This document shows positions 22,640-33,016 of a stretch of DNA of 64,000 nt, one piece after another. Positions within the stretch are counted from its first letter, which is position 1, and every line of letters starts with the position of its first letter. A program made the translations under genes and the position numbers. Origin of the DNA: an uncultured candidate division Zixibacteria bacterium (GTDB taxonomy: Bacteria; Zixibacteria; MSB-5A5; GN15; FEB-12); contig CAWDXE010000007.1 in assembly GCA_963806185.1 (NCBI GenBank), forward strand, positions 640,001-704,000, in the 5' to 3' direction. The notes beneath the pieces were generated by a model. The model made no database searches, was not told the DNA's origin, and was given only the letters and a program-made list of their open reading frames with translations.

Positions 22640-23716
22640 GTGGATAAGACTGAACTGCTGCTAAAAGAAATTACCGAAGTTAACGGTATCAGCGGGTACG
22701 AGGGCGAAGTTCGCCGCATCATGGAACGCGAATTGAAACCGCTCTCCAATTCGGTTGAGTATGATCGTCTGGGTTCGATTCTCGGTCGCAAGAAGGGCAC
22801 GGCCGCCAATCCGCGAGTGATGGTCGTCGGCCACATGGACGAGATCGGATTCATGGTCAAAGAGGTTACCAAGGAAGGGTATGTCAAATTCCTTCCGGTC
22901 GGCGGGTGGTGGGGACATGTTGCCTTGGCTCAGCGGATGCGGATCATGACGGCCAAAGGAGCCGTGGTCGGTGTGGTTGGTTCACGGCCGCCGCATATTC
23001 TCGAGCCGAAGGACCGCGAAAAGGTCATGGAAATCAAGGATATGTTTATTGATGTCGGCGCCCAGGAAGGGTTTGACGTAGCCAAGAAGCTGGGGGTCAA
23101 GATCGGTGATCCGATCATTCCGGAGAGTCAGTTCACCATTATGGGTAACCCGGATTTGTACATGGCCAAGGCCTTTGACAACCGGGTCGCTTGCGCTATC
23201 GTCATCGACGTCATGCGAAAACTCAAGACGGCCAGACACCCCAATACCGTGCTCGGCGCCGCCTCCGTTCAGGAAGAAGTAGGCGCTCGAGGCGCGATTT
23301 CGCTCGCGCATATCGGCGAGCCCGATGTGTGCATCGTTGTTGATACCGGCATTGGGATGGATATTCCCCCGGAGGGATTCAGTCGTCCCGAAAAACTGGG
23401 CAGCGGACCGTCCGTGCTGGTTTTCGACGGCAGCATGATTCCGAATCTGAAGTTACGCGACCTGGTGATCAAGACGGCGGAGCAGAAGAAGATTCCGTTC
23501 CATCTTACCTATATGGAGCGGGGCGGCACCGACGGCGGCAAGATTCACGTGAATCGCTCGGGCGTGCCCTCGGTGGTGATTGGTCCGGCGGTAAGGTATA
23601 TCCACTCGCACAACAGCATATTGAGTCGCAAGGATTATGACAATACGGTCAAGCTGATAACCGAGTTGATTCTCAAACTTGACCAAAAGACCGCGGCATC
23701 GTTGTCGCAAGACTGA
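22640..23716 (+). CDS. M42 family (TET) aminopeptidase
   Basis: GISGYE, GHMDEIG, KAFDNR, VQEEVGARGA, GGTDGG, RYIHS. Confidence 0.93.
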   Translation: MDKTELLLKEITEVNGISGYEGEVRRIMERELKPLSNSVEYDRLGSILGRKKGTAANPRVMVVGHMDEIGFMVKEVTKEGYVKFLPVGGWWGHVALAQRMRIMTAKGAVVGVVGSRPPHILEPKDREKVMEIKDMFIDVGAQEGFDVAKKLGVKIGDPIIPESQFTIMGNPDLYMAKAFDNRVACAIVIDVMRKLKTARHPNTVLGAASVQEEVGARGAISLAHIGEPDVCIVVDTGIGMDIPPEGFSRPEKLGSGPSVLVFDGSMIPNLKLRDLVIKTAEQKKIPFHLTYMERGGTDGGKIHVNRSGVPSVVIGPAVRYIHSHNSILSRKDYDNTVKLITELILKLDQKTAASLSQD

Positions 23717-23722
23717 GCGCAT

Positions 23723-25121
23723 ATGGCCCTGGTATTTCGAAACAGCCTGACCCGCGTCAAAGAAGAGTTCAAGCCGATACAGCCGGGCAAGGTCGGTATG
23801 TACACGTGCGGACCGACCGTCTACAATTTCGCGCACATCGGCAATTTGCGCACGTTTATGTTCGAAGACCTGCTTCGGCGGTATTTGAAGTATAAGGGTC
23901 TGCAGGTCACGCAGGTGATGAATCTGACCGACATCGATGACAAGATCATCAAGGGGTCGATTGCCTCGGGAACGTCGCTCAAGGAATTCACGGCGCCGTT
24001 TATCAAGGCATTTTTCGAAGACCTCGAACAACTCCGGATCGAGAAGGCGGAGCACTATCCGGCGGCCACCGATCACATACCGGAGATGGTGGCAATTGTA
24101 AAGGATCTGGTGGCGCGAGGTATGGCGTACGAGGTGAACGGCAACTACTACTTCAAGATTGCCGCGTTCAAGGATTACGGCAAGCTGGCCAATCTCGATA
24201 TGGCCGGGCTCAAAGCCGGGAGCGCGCATCGCCTCCGATGAATACGAGAAGGAGTCGGTGTCCGATTTTGCCCTGTGGAAGGCCTGGGATCCAAACGACG
24301 GCAACGTGTTCTGGGAGACGGAAATCGGCAAGGGGCGGCCGGGCTGGCATCTCGAGTGCTCGGCGATGTCGATGAAGTATCTCGGTCGGCATTTCGATAT
24401 TCACACCGGCGGCGTCGACAACATGTTTCCTCATCACGAGAATGAGATTGCCCAATCCGAGGGCGCCACGGGCGAGAAGTTCGTCAACTATTGGCTGCAT
24501 GCCGAGCACCTGATTGTCGAGGGGCGGAAGATGTCCAAGTCGCTCGGCAATTACTTCACCCTGCGCGACATTCTTGCCAAGGGGTACGCCGGCGTGGTGG
24601 TTCGCTATTTGCTACTTTCCACGCATTACCGTCAGCAGTTAAACTTCACGTTTGACGGGCTCGACGGTGCCAGAAGCGCGCTCGGGCGGTATAACGACTT
24701 CCTCGGCAATCTCGAGAGTCATCCCGGTGGAACATCAAGCGGCGAGGCGAGCGGGATGATCGACACGGCGCGGACCGGATTCGAGTCATCACTTGACGAC
24801 GATTTGAATATCTCCGGAGCCCTGGGTGTAGTTTTTGAGTTGATTCGAGATATCAATCGTCTCAAGGCGGAGAATAATCTCTCGGTTTTCGAGCGCGACG
24901 CGGTGCTGGCGCTTGTTCGACAGTTTGATCGGGTGCTTGATCTTCAGCAAAAGCAGGAGACTTCGATTGACGCCGAGGTGGAGGCGCTGATTCAGCGCCG
25001 GCAGGACGCGCGCAAGGCGAAGGATTTCAAAATGGCCGATACCATTCGCGATCAGTTGGCCGGAATGGGAATAATCCTGGAGGACACGCCGCAGGGCGTG
25101 AAGTGGAAACGCAAAGTATGA
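23723..25121 (+). CDS. cysS: Cysteine--tRNA ligase (1-nt insertion near 24218, probably error)
   Basis: CGPTVY..HIGN, then DFALWK, GRPGWHLECS, HHENEIAQ, KMSKS in the next frame; the break lies in GCCGGGA. Confidence 0.95.
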
Positions 25122-25186
25122 TTGAGCGGCCGCCGTCAAAGGCTTCTTGGTCGCTGTGCCACGCAAATAGCCAGTTGTCTGTTCAA

Positions 25187-25259
25187 GCCGGCGTAACTCA
25201 GTTGGTAGAGTACCTGATTTGTAATCAGGCTGTCGGGGGTTCGAATCCCTTCGCCGGCT
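25187..25259 (+). tRNA. tRNA-Thr(TGT)
   Basis: GCCGGCG/CGCCGGC acceptor stem, CCTGA-TTTGTAA-TCAGG anticodon arm, GGTTCGAATCC; no CCA. Confidence 0.95.
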
Positions 25260-25301
25260 CTTTCATTTGCGGCCGCCCGGCCGCAAGGCGAGGTTTCGCT
25301 A

Positions 25302-26366
25302 ATGACGCTTTCAGATTTCTCCCAGCGCATTCTGGTTACCGGAGGCGCCGGATTCATCGGCTCCAATTTCCTTCTGCGCATGGTACCGAAATGTGCGTCG
25401 TACCTCTGGGTGAATGTCGATTGCCTGACGTATGCCGGCAACCTGTCCAACCTGAGCGCCATTGAACCGCTGCCCAATTACGTATTCGAAAAGGTGAACA
25501 TAACCGACGATGCCGGAGTGAAGCGGTTATTCGAGGATTACAAGCCGACCGGAATCATTCATTTTGCCGCCGAATCCCACGTTGATCGCTCAATCGAGAA
25601 CCCCGCTGCCTTTCTGCAGACCAACGTGATCGGTACGTTCAATCTCCTGGAGCAGGCGCGCTTGCGAATGGTCGACGAGCCGTCATTCCGGTTTCATCAG
25701 GTTTCTACGGACGAAGTCTATGGTTCGCAGGGGGAGGGCGACCCGGCCAACGAAAATTCTCCCCACCGCCCCAGTTCGCCCTACGCCGCTTCCAAGGCGG
25801 CGGCCGATGACCTCGTGCGGGCGTACGGTCGTACGTACGGGATGAACGTGGTCGTTTCGTGCAGTTCCAACAACTACGGACCGTTTCAATTCCCGGAGAA
25901 GCTCATCCCGCTGATCATTCGCAATGCCATGACCGGGGTGGAAATTCCGCTCTACGGTGACGGCCGGCACGTTCGGGATTGGCTGTTTGTGGATGATCAC
26001 TGCGATGCCATTGAGACGGTGTACCAGTCCGGCCATCGCGGGAGCACATACCTGGTTGCCGGCGGGAACAGCATGCCGAATCTGGAAATAGCCCGGCATA
26101 TCTGTCGCTTGTTGGACGCTCGTCTGGGCGGCGACGAGCCGCGGGAGGACCTGATTACTTACGTGTCCGAACGCCCGGGACACGATCGGCGGTATGCCAT
26201 CGATTCTTCCACGACGCGACGGGAATTGAACTGGCGACCCAAATACAACCTGGCTGACGGACTGGAGCGGACGGTCAACTGGTACCTGGATCATCGCGAT
26301 TGGCTCGACGCATGCATAAGCGGCGCATACCTGGACTACTACGAACGAAACTACGCTCATCGATAA
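25302..26366 (+). CDS. rfbB: dTDP-glucose 4,6-dehydratase
   Basis: TGGAGFIGSNF, LTYAGN, AAESHVDRSI, STDEVYG, PYAASK, RPGHDRRYAID. Confidence 0.95.
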   Translation: MTLSDFSQRILVTGGAGFIGSNFLLRMVPKCASYLWVNVDCLTYAGNLSNLSAIEPLPNYVFEKVNITDDAGVKRLFEDYKPTGIIHFAAESHVDRSIENPAAFLQTNVIGTFNLLEQARLRMVDEPSFRFHQVSTDEVYGSQGEGDPANENSPHRPSSPYAASKAAADDLVRAYGRTYGMNVVVSCSSNNYGPFQFPEKLIPLIIRNAMTGVEIPLYGDGRHVRDWLFVDDHCDAIETVYQSGHRGSTYLVAGGNSMPNLEIARHICRLLDARLGGDEPREDLITYVSERPGHDRRYAIDSSTTRRELNWRPKYNLADGLERTVNWYLDHRDWLDACISGAYLDYYERNYAHR

Positions 26367-26370
26367 TGAT

Positions 26371-27243
26371 ATGATTTCGAAGGGCATCATTCTGGCCGGC
26401 GGAGTCGGCAGCCGCCTCTATCCACTCACCCAGGCTACCTGCAAGCAGTTACTCCCGGTCTATGACAAGCCGATGGTGTATTACCCGTTGGCAACACTCA
26501 TGCTGGCCGGACTGCGCGAGTTCCTGATCATCTCAACGCCGACCGATCTCACGCGATTCTCCGAGCTGTTTGGGGACGGCCGGCAACTCGGCATTTCCAT
26601 CGCTTACGCAACTCAGGCTCGCCCCGAAGGGATCGCTCAGGCGCTGATCATTGGTGAAAACTTCACGCAGAATCAGTCGGTCGCGTTAATCCTGGGTGAC
26701 AACATCTTTCTGGGCTCGATTGATTTTCATCAGGCGGCAGAGCGATTCTCCAAGGGCGCAACGATCTTTAGCTGCAAGGTTGAGAATCCCCAGCGGTACG
26801 GCGTACTTGGTTTTGATCCCTCGGGCAAGGTGAACGGCATCGAAGAGAAACCCATCGCGCCAAAATCGAATCAGATCGTAACCGGGCTGTACTTCTATGA
26901 CAATCAAGCCGCGGGCATTGCCAAGGGGCTCCGCCCGTCCGGGCGAAACGAGTTGGAGATTTCTGACGTGAATAGCGCCTACCTGGAAATGGGTCAGCTC
27001 GATGTCGTCGCGCTCGATCATGACTATGCCTGGTTTGATTCTGGGACCTACGATAGTCTGCTGGCGGCCTCGGCCTACGTTGCTCAGCATCAGAAAAAGT
27101 TGGGCCGTAAATTTGCGTGCATCGAGGAAATTGCGCTCGCCCGCGGCTACATAGACATGGGACAGGCCAGGGTACTGGCCGATCAGATGGGCAATAATGA
27201 CTACCGAAAGTATCTGACCGATGTCTTTGGAAACTACAGGTAA
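26371..27243 (+). CDS. rfbA: Glucose-1-phosphate thymidylyltransferase
   Basis: GIILAGG.GSRLYP, KQLLPVYDKPM, LILGDNIF, EEKP, RNELEISD. Confidence 0.95.
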   Translation: MISKGIILAGGVGSRLYPLTQATCKQLLPVYDKPMVYYPLATLMLAGLREFLIISTPTDLTRFSELFGDGRQLGISIAYATQARPEGIAQALIIGENFTQNQSVALILGDNIFLGSIDFHQAAERFSKGATIFSCKVENPQRYGVLGFDPSGKVNGIEEKPIAPKSNQIVTGLYFYDNQAAGIAKGLRPSGRNELEISDVNSAYLEMGQLDVVALDHDYAWFDSGTYDSLLAASAYVAQHQKKLGRKFACIEEIALARGYIDMGQARVLADQMGNNDYRKYLTDVFGNYR

Positions 27244-28141
27244 TCCCGCTCGCCGCGTCATGGTAATTGGCTGCCAGGGACAGCTCGGCCGTGAGTTGAT
27301 GACTCAATATGCTGAGAAATACGTCATGGTCGGCGTGGGACACGACGAACTGGACATCACCGACCGCGATGCTGTTCGCGACGCCATCGAAATGGTCGGG
27401 CCGGAAGTAGTCCTGGTTACTGCCGCGAAGGCGAACGTCGATTGGTGCGAGAGTCATCCCGCCGAGGCGGCAGCAGTGAATACCTACGGGGCGGCGCATA
27501 TTTCCCATGCCTGCCGGCATACGGGAGCCTGGCCAATTTACTTTTCGACTGACTATGTATTCGATGGCAACAAACGAGAACCTTACGTTGAGTCCGACGA
27601 AACCAATCCCATCTCCAAATATGGCAGCACCAAGCTGAGAGGGGAGATGGGGATCCTGGACATGTGCCCCAAATCCACCGTCTTGCGAGTTTCCTGGTTT
27701 TATAGTCGTCATGGGCGGGGATTCATCCGGCAGATGCTGACGAAGGCAGGAGAATACCTTCGCCAGAAGCAGAGCGGGTCGCCCGTGCCGATTGATGTCG
27801 TCTCCGATCAGTTCAGCAATCCGACCTGGACCGTGGACATTGCGAATCAAACACAGGTGATCATTGAATGCGGCTTGACTGGTCTGTTTCATGCCGGTTC
27901 GGTCGGTGGCACGTCGCGCCCCGATCTCGCCCGATTTCTGTTTAGGGAACTCGATCTGGACGTAGAGATTAACGAAGTTCCGCGAACTCACTACCCCGGA
28001 GGCGGAATCCGACCGGCCTATTCGTCTCTGCAAAACGACGCGCTTGAAGCGGTCGGCCGGAACGTCATGCGAGACTATCAGGTGGCATTGCGGGAGTTTG
28101 TTCAGAGCCACCGAAAGGAGTTATTGGAACTAGTCCAATAG
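27221..28141 (+). CDS. rfbD: dTDP-4-dehydrorhamnose reductase
   Basis: GCQGQLG, STDYVFDG, YGSTKL.GE, DQFSNPT, RPAYSSL. Confidence 0.93.
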   Translation: MSLETTGNPARRVMVIGCQGQLGRELMTQYAEKYVMVGVGHDELDITDRDAVRDAIEMVGPEVVLVTAAKANVDWCESHPAEAAAVNTYGAAHISHACRHTGAWPIYFSTDYVFDGNKREPYVESDETNPISKYGSTKLRGEMGILDMCPKSTVLRVSWFYSRHGRGFIRQMLTKAGEYLRQKQSGSPVPIDVVSDQFSNPTWTVDIANQTQVIIECGLTGLFHAGSVGGTSRPDLARFLFRELDLDVEINEVPRTHYPGGGIRPAYSSLQNDALEAVGRNVMRDYQVALREFVQSHRKELLELVQ

Positions 28142-28263
28142 TGCGGACTGATTTCTGTCGACAAAGTCGTTGGAACGCCGAATCGCATGCCGTATACTTC
28201 GACCGGACAAGCGAATGCGATGAAGGTCCCGGCAGTGAAATTCCCGAATTTATTGATGATACT

Positions 28264-28851
28264 ATGATGTCACCCGACGAGAAACATATCATCCGCTCCT
28301 CGTTTGAACGCCACTTTGAAGTGGCACGGAAAGCGATGGAGCAGCTTACCGACCCGATCAGCGAGGCCGGCAAGATTCTGGTGGAATGCCTGACCGCCGG
28401 ACGCAAAGTGTTGATTTGCGGCAACGGCGGCTCGGCTGCTGACGCTCAGCATTTCGCTGCCGAACTCACCGGGCGCTTTGTTCGCGAGCGACGCGGCCTG
28501 CCTGCGATAGCGCTCTCCAGCGATTCGTCGGCACTAACGGCAATAGGTAATGACTACGGCTTCGACCGGGTCTTCTCGCGGCAGGTTGAGGCCTTGGCCC
28601 AGTCGGGCGATGTTCTGGTGGCTATCTCCACCTCCGGCAAATCTCCAAATGTAATTCAGGCTGTTGCTGCTGCCCACAAAGGCGGCTGCCGCACCATCGC
28701 GTTGTCCGGAGGTGGCGGGGGTGAATTGGCGCGCAAGGCCGATCGTGCCATAGTCGTCCCGTCTGATGAAACGGCGGTCATACAGGAATTGCACATTGTG
28801 ATTATCCATCTCCTGTGTGAATTGATTGACAAGCAATTCGCCCGCGACTGA
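28264..28851 (+). CDS. gmhA: D-sedoheptulose 7-phosphate isomerase
   Basis: CGNGGSAADAQH, TAIGNDYG, ISTSGKS, IQELH. Confidence 0.94.
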   Translation: MMSPDEKHIIRSSFERHFEVARKAMEQLTDPISEAGKILVECLTAGRKVLICGNGGSAADAQHFAAELTGRFVRERRGLPAIALSSDSSALTAIGNDYGFDRVFSRQVEALAQSGDVLVAISTSGKSPNVIQAVAAAHKGGCRTIALSGGGGGELARKADRAIVVPSDETAVIQELHIVIIHLLCELIDKQFARD

Positions 28852-28911
28852 TGGATGGCCCCTCGGATATTCATGGTGATCTCGACTCGTTACACCCGGA
28901 AATGAGCCCAA

Positions 28912-29901
28912 ATGGAAACCTATTTTCTCATAGGGCCAAAGCCGCCGCCGCTGGGGGGGATCAGTGTATATGTGGATCGGTTCAGCCGCCGACTGAGGGA
29001 TCAGGGTGTTGGCGTACGTGTTGTCGATCCCGGGAAATTGTCGACAGCCAGACGACTCGCATTCGCGGCCCGCATCGCCACAAACCCGCGACCGGCCACA
29101 TATCACATCAATGGATTTCAACTTTCTATTGTGTTGGCTCTGGTTCTTCGGCCATTTCCGGGACGAATCATCTTCCATGATCATTCCGGACGTTACGTAG
29201 AGGGACTCTCACGGTTCAGAAGGTTGGCTCTTCGCTTGCTGTTCTGCCGAGTTGACGAGTGCATCCTGGTGAATGATCATATTGTTGACATATATAAGAG
29301 AAATGGTCTTGCGCTTCCCAGCCAGGTCAAGGTCGAATCGGCGTTTTTGCCTCCTCCGCCGGAGGACGAGTCGGTTATCTGGCAGTCGTACTCGAGCGAA
29401 GTCAGACAGTTTGTCGAAACGCGTCATCCACTTATCATTGCCAACGCCTTCCGGATCACTTTCTATCAGGGAATCGATTTGTACGGCCTGGACATGTGTG
29501 TCGATCTGGTGACAAGGTTGGTGTCGGATTATGCAAACGTCGGTCTCCTGTTCGCCCTGGCCGATATTGGAGATCGGGAATATTATCAACTGATGAATCA
29601 CCGGATTGAGGCTTTGGGAGTTAGATCGCACATCCTTTTCATGACCGGTCAAAGAGAACTCTGGCCACTGTTCAAGAAGGCCACGGTCATGGTGCGACCT
29701 ACCTGTGTTGATGGTTCCCCCGTCAGTGTGTGTGAAGCGCTCTATCTGGGCTGTCCCGCCGTGGCCAGCGATGTGTGCAAGCGGGCGGACGGCGCTGTGA
29801 TTTTCAGGAGTCGCGATCTTGACGACTTTGTCTCGCAGGTTCGCCGCGCCCTGGGGTCCGTTGAAGAGCGGAACGGCCTGTTGGGTCAATCCATAAAATA
29901 G
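28912..29901 (+). CDS. Glycosyltransferase (GT4/GT-B fold)
   Basis: GPKPPPLGGIS N-terminus; DGSPVSVCEALYLGCPAVASD acceptor motif. Confidence 0.85.
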   Translation: METYFLIGPKPPPLGGISVYVDRFSRRLRDQGVGVRVVDPGKLSTARRLAFAARIATNPRPATYHINGFQLSIVLALVLRPFPGRIIFHDHSGRYVEGLSRFRRLALRLLFCRVDECILVNDHIVDIYKRNGLALPSQVKVESAFLPPPPEDESVIWQSYSSEVRQFVETRHPLIIANAFRITFYQGIDLYGLDMCVDLVTRLVSDYANVGLLFALADIGDREYYQLMNHRIEALGVRSHILFMTGQRELWPLFKKATVMVRPTCVDGSPVSVCEALYLGCPAVASDVCKRADGAVIFRSRDLDDFVSQVRRALGSVEERNGLLGQSIK

Positions 29902-30024
29902 CGTATATTGGGCGATCATTTCGGACCGCGATTCGGTTCGGAACCCGTTATTGACGTAGAAGGTAGGTCAATGTCAGCAGGGGGCGGAGGCCCTCGTTAC
30001 TGAGCACTGGGAGGTGCCTTTTTC

Positions 30025-31575
30025 GTGATGGACAGGGGTCCCGAGAGCTTTCGAGAGACTGACGAGTTGCCGCTGAGCCCGGCGGCGGTACCGGCGGCGC
30101 AGGATCCGTCCCAGCGCATGCGCCGGCTCGTCAAGAATATGAGCATATACGGCCTGGGTGGCGTGCTCGGCAAAGCCATCCAGTTTCTCCTTTTGCCGGT
30201 GTATACCCGAGTACTTGCCCCGGCCGATTACGGTGCTCTGGAATTGGTCTATATCACGGCCAATCTGCTTACCCTTGGGTATGGCTTGATGATCGGCAGT
30301 GGCTATGTCCGCATCTATTTTGACTCTCGGGAACAGGCGCATCGCGACATGGCTCTGGGCTCGGCCTTCTGGTTTACGTTCCTTTGCGTTGTGATCGGCG
30401 GTCCGCTGGCATTCACTTTTGCGCCGCAAATCAGCGGCGCAGTATTTGATTTTTCAGAGGGCGCCCATTTCCTGAGACTCATCATTATCTCCGCCGGCAT
30501 CCAGGTGCACTCTCGCATTCTCTATAGTAACCTGATGGTGCGCGAACGGGCACGGCAATATGTTACGGTTACTCTGTCCAGTCTGGTGATAACCCTCTCG
30601 GTCACGATCTTTCTGGTCGTGAAGATGAATATGGGGGTAGAAGGCGTGCTGATCGCACAGATCATAGCTTACTCGCTTGAGCTTTTGATTCTGTGTTTGA
30701 TGATTGTGCGCCGGTCGATCTTCCATTATGCCGCGTCGGCGGTTAGAGAGATGCTCTATTTCTCCGTTCCGTTGATTCCGTTGCAACTCGCGGCCTTTGT
30801 TCTTTCGATGTCCGATCGGTTCTTTCTGCAGAAGTACCAATCACTTAGCGAAGTCGGATTGTATGCCCTGGGAGCAAAATTTGCCGGCATCATCCCTTTG
30901 CTGACGGTTGAGCCGCTCAAGGCATTCGCCCCGCATCTCTTCAATCTCATCGATACGCCGGAGAAGTGCAAAGCCACCTTGGCCGACTTCACCAGGTATT
31001 TTCTCGCGGGAAGCCTTTTCCTGGCGCTGGCCATTGCCCTCTTTTCGCGCGAGGTCCTGATGGTCATGTCAAACAAAGCCTACCAGGACAGCTACCAGGT
31101 CATTTACATACTCAGCATCTCGTATGTGTTTTTCGGAATGTACACCATTTCCTGTTATCCAATAAATATCGTCAAGAAGAACTGGATTATTGCCGTTTCC
31201 TGGGCCATCGTTGCCTCATGCAATGTGGCGTTGAATATTCTGCTCGTCCCCAGGTACGGAATGATCGGCGCGGCGTGCGCCTCCATGTGCTCGTACCTGC
31301 TCGTCGTAGTCGGTAACATGCTGATTGTGAAGAGAGTGTATCCCGTCAATTACCGATACCGCTCCTATCTTGGCCTCTTTGCGACCGCGACACTCATCTA
31401 CGGAGTTTCAAGCGTGATCGGCTTCGGTGTGGCCGTGTCGGCAGCCGCCAAGCTCGGCCTGCTCGCTCTGTTTCCGCTCCTCATGGTCTATACGGGATAT
31501 ATCACACGCGACGAAATCACCCGCGGCCGCGAGCTGTTTGTCCAAACCATCAAGAGATTTCGGTCGACTGACTGA
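30025..31575 (+). CDS. wzx: Wzx-type polysaccharide flippase
   Basis: IYGLG..L.K..FLLLPVYTRVL...YG, SDRFFL, VGLYALG, LNILLVPRYG.IGAA; about 12-14 TM helices. True start may be near 30118. Confidence 0.88.
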   Translation: MMDRGPESFRETDELPLSPAAVPAAQDPSQRMRRLVKNMSIYGLGGVLGKAIQFLLLPVYTRVLAPADYGALELVYITANLLTLGYGLMIGSGYVRIYFDSREQAHRDMALGSAFWFTFLCVVIGGPLAFTFAPQISGAVFDFSEGAHFLRLIIISAGIQVHSRILYSNLMVRERARQYVTVTLSSLVITLSVTIFLVVKMNMGVEGVLIAQIIAYSLELLILCLMIVRRSIFHYAASAVREMLYFSVPLIPLQLAAFVLSMSDRFFLQKYQSLSEVGLYALGAKFAGIIPLLTVEPLKAFAPHLFNLIDTPEKCKATLADFTRYFLAGSLFLALAIALFSREVLMVMSNKAYQDSYQVIYILSISYVFFGMYTISCYPINIVKKNWIIAVSWAIVASCNVALNILLVPRYGMIGAACASMCSYLLVVVGNMLIVKRVYPVNYRYRSYLGLFATATLIYGVSSVIGFGVAVSAAAKLGLLALFPLLMVYTGYITRDEITRGRELFVQTIKRFRSTD

Positions 31576-31657
31576 GCGGAACTGCCCCTCACTTTTGGTT
31601 GACGCGGCCGTCAACCCTGCCTTGATTGACAGCATCAGCAGGCGCTGAGCTTTAGCT

Positions 31658-33016
31658 ATGGAAAGTACTCGCGGTCATATCCTCATCATCTCCTACTCCT
31701 TTCGACCATTTGTCGATCCGAGAGCCTTTCGGTGGACGAGCATTGCCGAGGAGTTTGTTCGTCGCGGCTATTCGGTGTCGGTGGTGGCTGCCTGGCGACC
31801 GGGAACCGTGCGGGAGGAGTATGCCAATGGTATCCACGTCTACCGAACCGGTGGCCGGTTCGTCGAGCGACTCCGACCGTTGCTCGGCGGATCCAGAGTG
31901 ATGGCGCCAAATTCAATCGATATTTTGCCGAAACCCGAATCGCGCCGCACGCTTATGCGAAAGATTCACGACGCAACCTGGAAGCAGCTGCACTGGCCGG
32001 ATTTTGCCTCACTCTGGCGAGTCTCGGCCCGTCGAAAAGTCGCGGCGATATTGAAGTCCACCCCGGCCGATGCCGTCTTCACCGTAGCGGTTCCCTTCAC
32101 CAGCCACCTCGTGTTTCAGTCGCTGCGAGACAAATTCCCGCATGTACGATGGATCGCCGATAATGGCGATCCGTTCAGTTTTGCCGAAGATCCTGCTCCC
32201 AATAATCTCCGACTGTACCGCCTTCGAAACGCCTCCGCCGAACATGAGGTCGGTCGGAAGGCCGACGCATTCACCGTGACGACCGAATCCACACGGCGCG
32301 AATACGCCCGGCTGTTTCCGGACATAGCCGAAAAGCTGCTGGTCATCGGACCGATGCTCTCCGCCCCGAAAACGACACACACGGCTTCGACCGTGTTTCC
32401 AGCGGACGACGTCATCCGGTTGCTGTACGTAGGCACGTTGTACAGGCATCTTCGTAACCCCCGATTCCTACTTCAGCTCTTTTCCGCCGTAAGAGTTCGT
32501 TTGAAGAATAAGAGAGTGGAACTGCACGTGATGGGAGCCGTCAGGGATTGCGCCGACCTGTTGCAGGATTTCAAGAGTCACCTTGGCTCGGCCCTGGCCC
32601 TGCATGGACTGGTTGATCGTATGGTGGTCTCCCAAGCGATCAACAGCGCGGCCGTTCTGGTAAACATCGGGAATGACAATTCCACTCAGTTGCCGAGCAA
32701 GGTGGTCGACTATGTCAGCACCGGCCGACCGATCATCAATATCGCCACGCGGCCCGACGACAGTTCGCATGAATTCTTCGTCGGCTACCCCGCCTATCTC
32801 AATTTTGTGGACAACGGGGGGGAACCAACGCAATCCGATGTCGGGCTTTTGGCGGACTTTCTCCAGCACTTGCCCCCCCGGGTCGATGATCAAGTCTGCC
32901 GGTCGAAGCTGGCCCCATACGGCGCCGAAGCAATCGTCACGGCCTACGAACGGCTGGCGTTCCCCGGAAGCAAGAGTGCCATGGTGGCGACCGAGAAAGC
33001 TGAGCGTCCGCGATGA
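31658..33016 (+). CDS. Glycosyltransferase (GT4-like)
   Basis: LLYVGTLY, LPSKVVDYVSTGRPII; located in the polysaccharide cluster. Confidence 0.8.
   Translation: MESTRGHILIISYSFRPFVDPRAFRWTSIAEEFVRRGYSVSVVAAWRPGTVREEYANGIHVYRTGGRFVERLRPLLGGSRVMAPNSIDILPKPESRRTLMRKIHDATWKQLHWPDFASLWRVSARRKVAAILKSTPADAVFTVAVPFTSHLVFQSLRDKFPHVRWIADNGDPFSFAEDPAPNNLRLYRLRNASAEHEVGRKADAFTVTTESTRREYARLFPDIAEKLLVIGPMLSAPKTTHTASTVFPADDVIRLLYVGTLYRHLRNPRFLLQLFSAVRVRLKNKRVELHVMGAVRDCADLLQDFKSHLGSALALHGLVDRMVVSQAINSAAVLVNIGNDNSTQLPSKVVDYVSTGRPIINIATRPDDSSHEFFVGYPAYLNFVDNGGEPTQSDVGLLADFLQHLPPRVDDQVCRSKLAPYGAEAIVTAYERLAFPGSKSAMVATEKAERPR

Noticed and set aside
26768..28111. Long antisense ORFs (also 4216..5127, 11315..12253, 23453..24331, 57790..58749)
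   Set aside because: They lie opposite well-supported genes and have no motifs; such shadow ORFs are expected at this GC content
29960..30024. Small hairpins upstream of wzx as a riboswitch or ops/JUMPstart element
   Set aside because: Stems are short, there is no ops (GGCGGTAG) match and no recognisable aptamer
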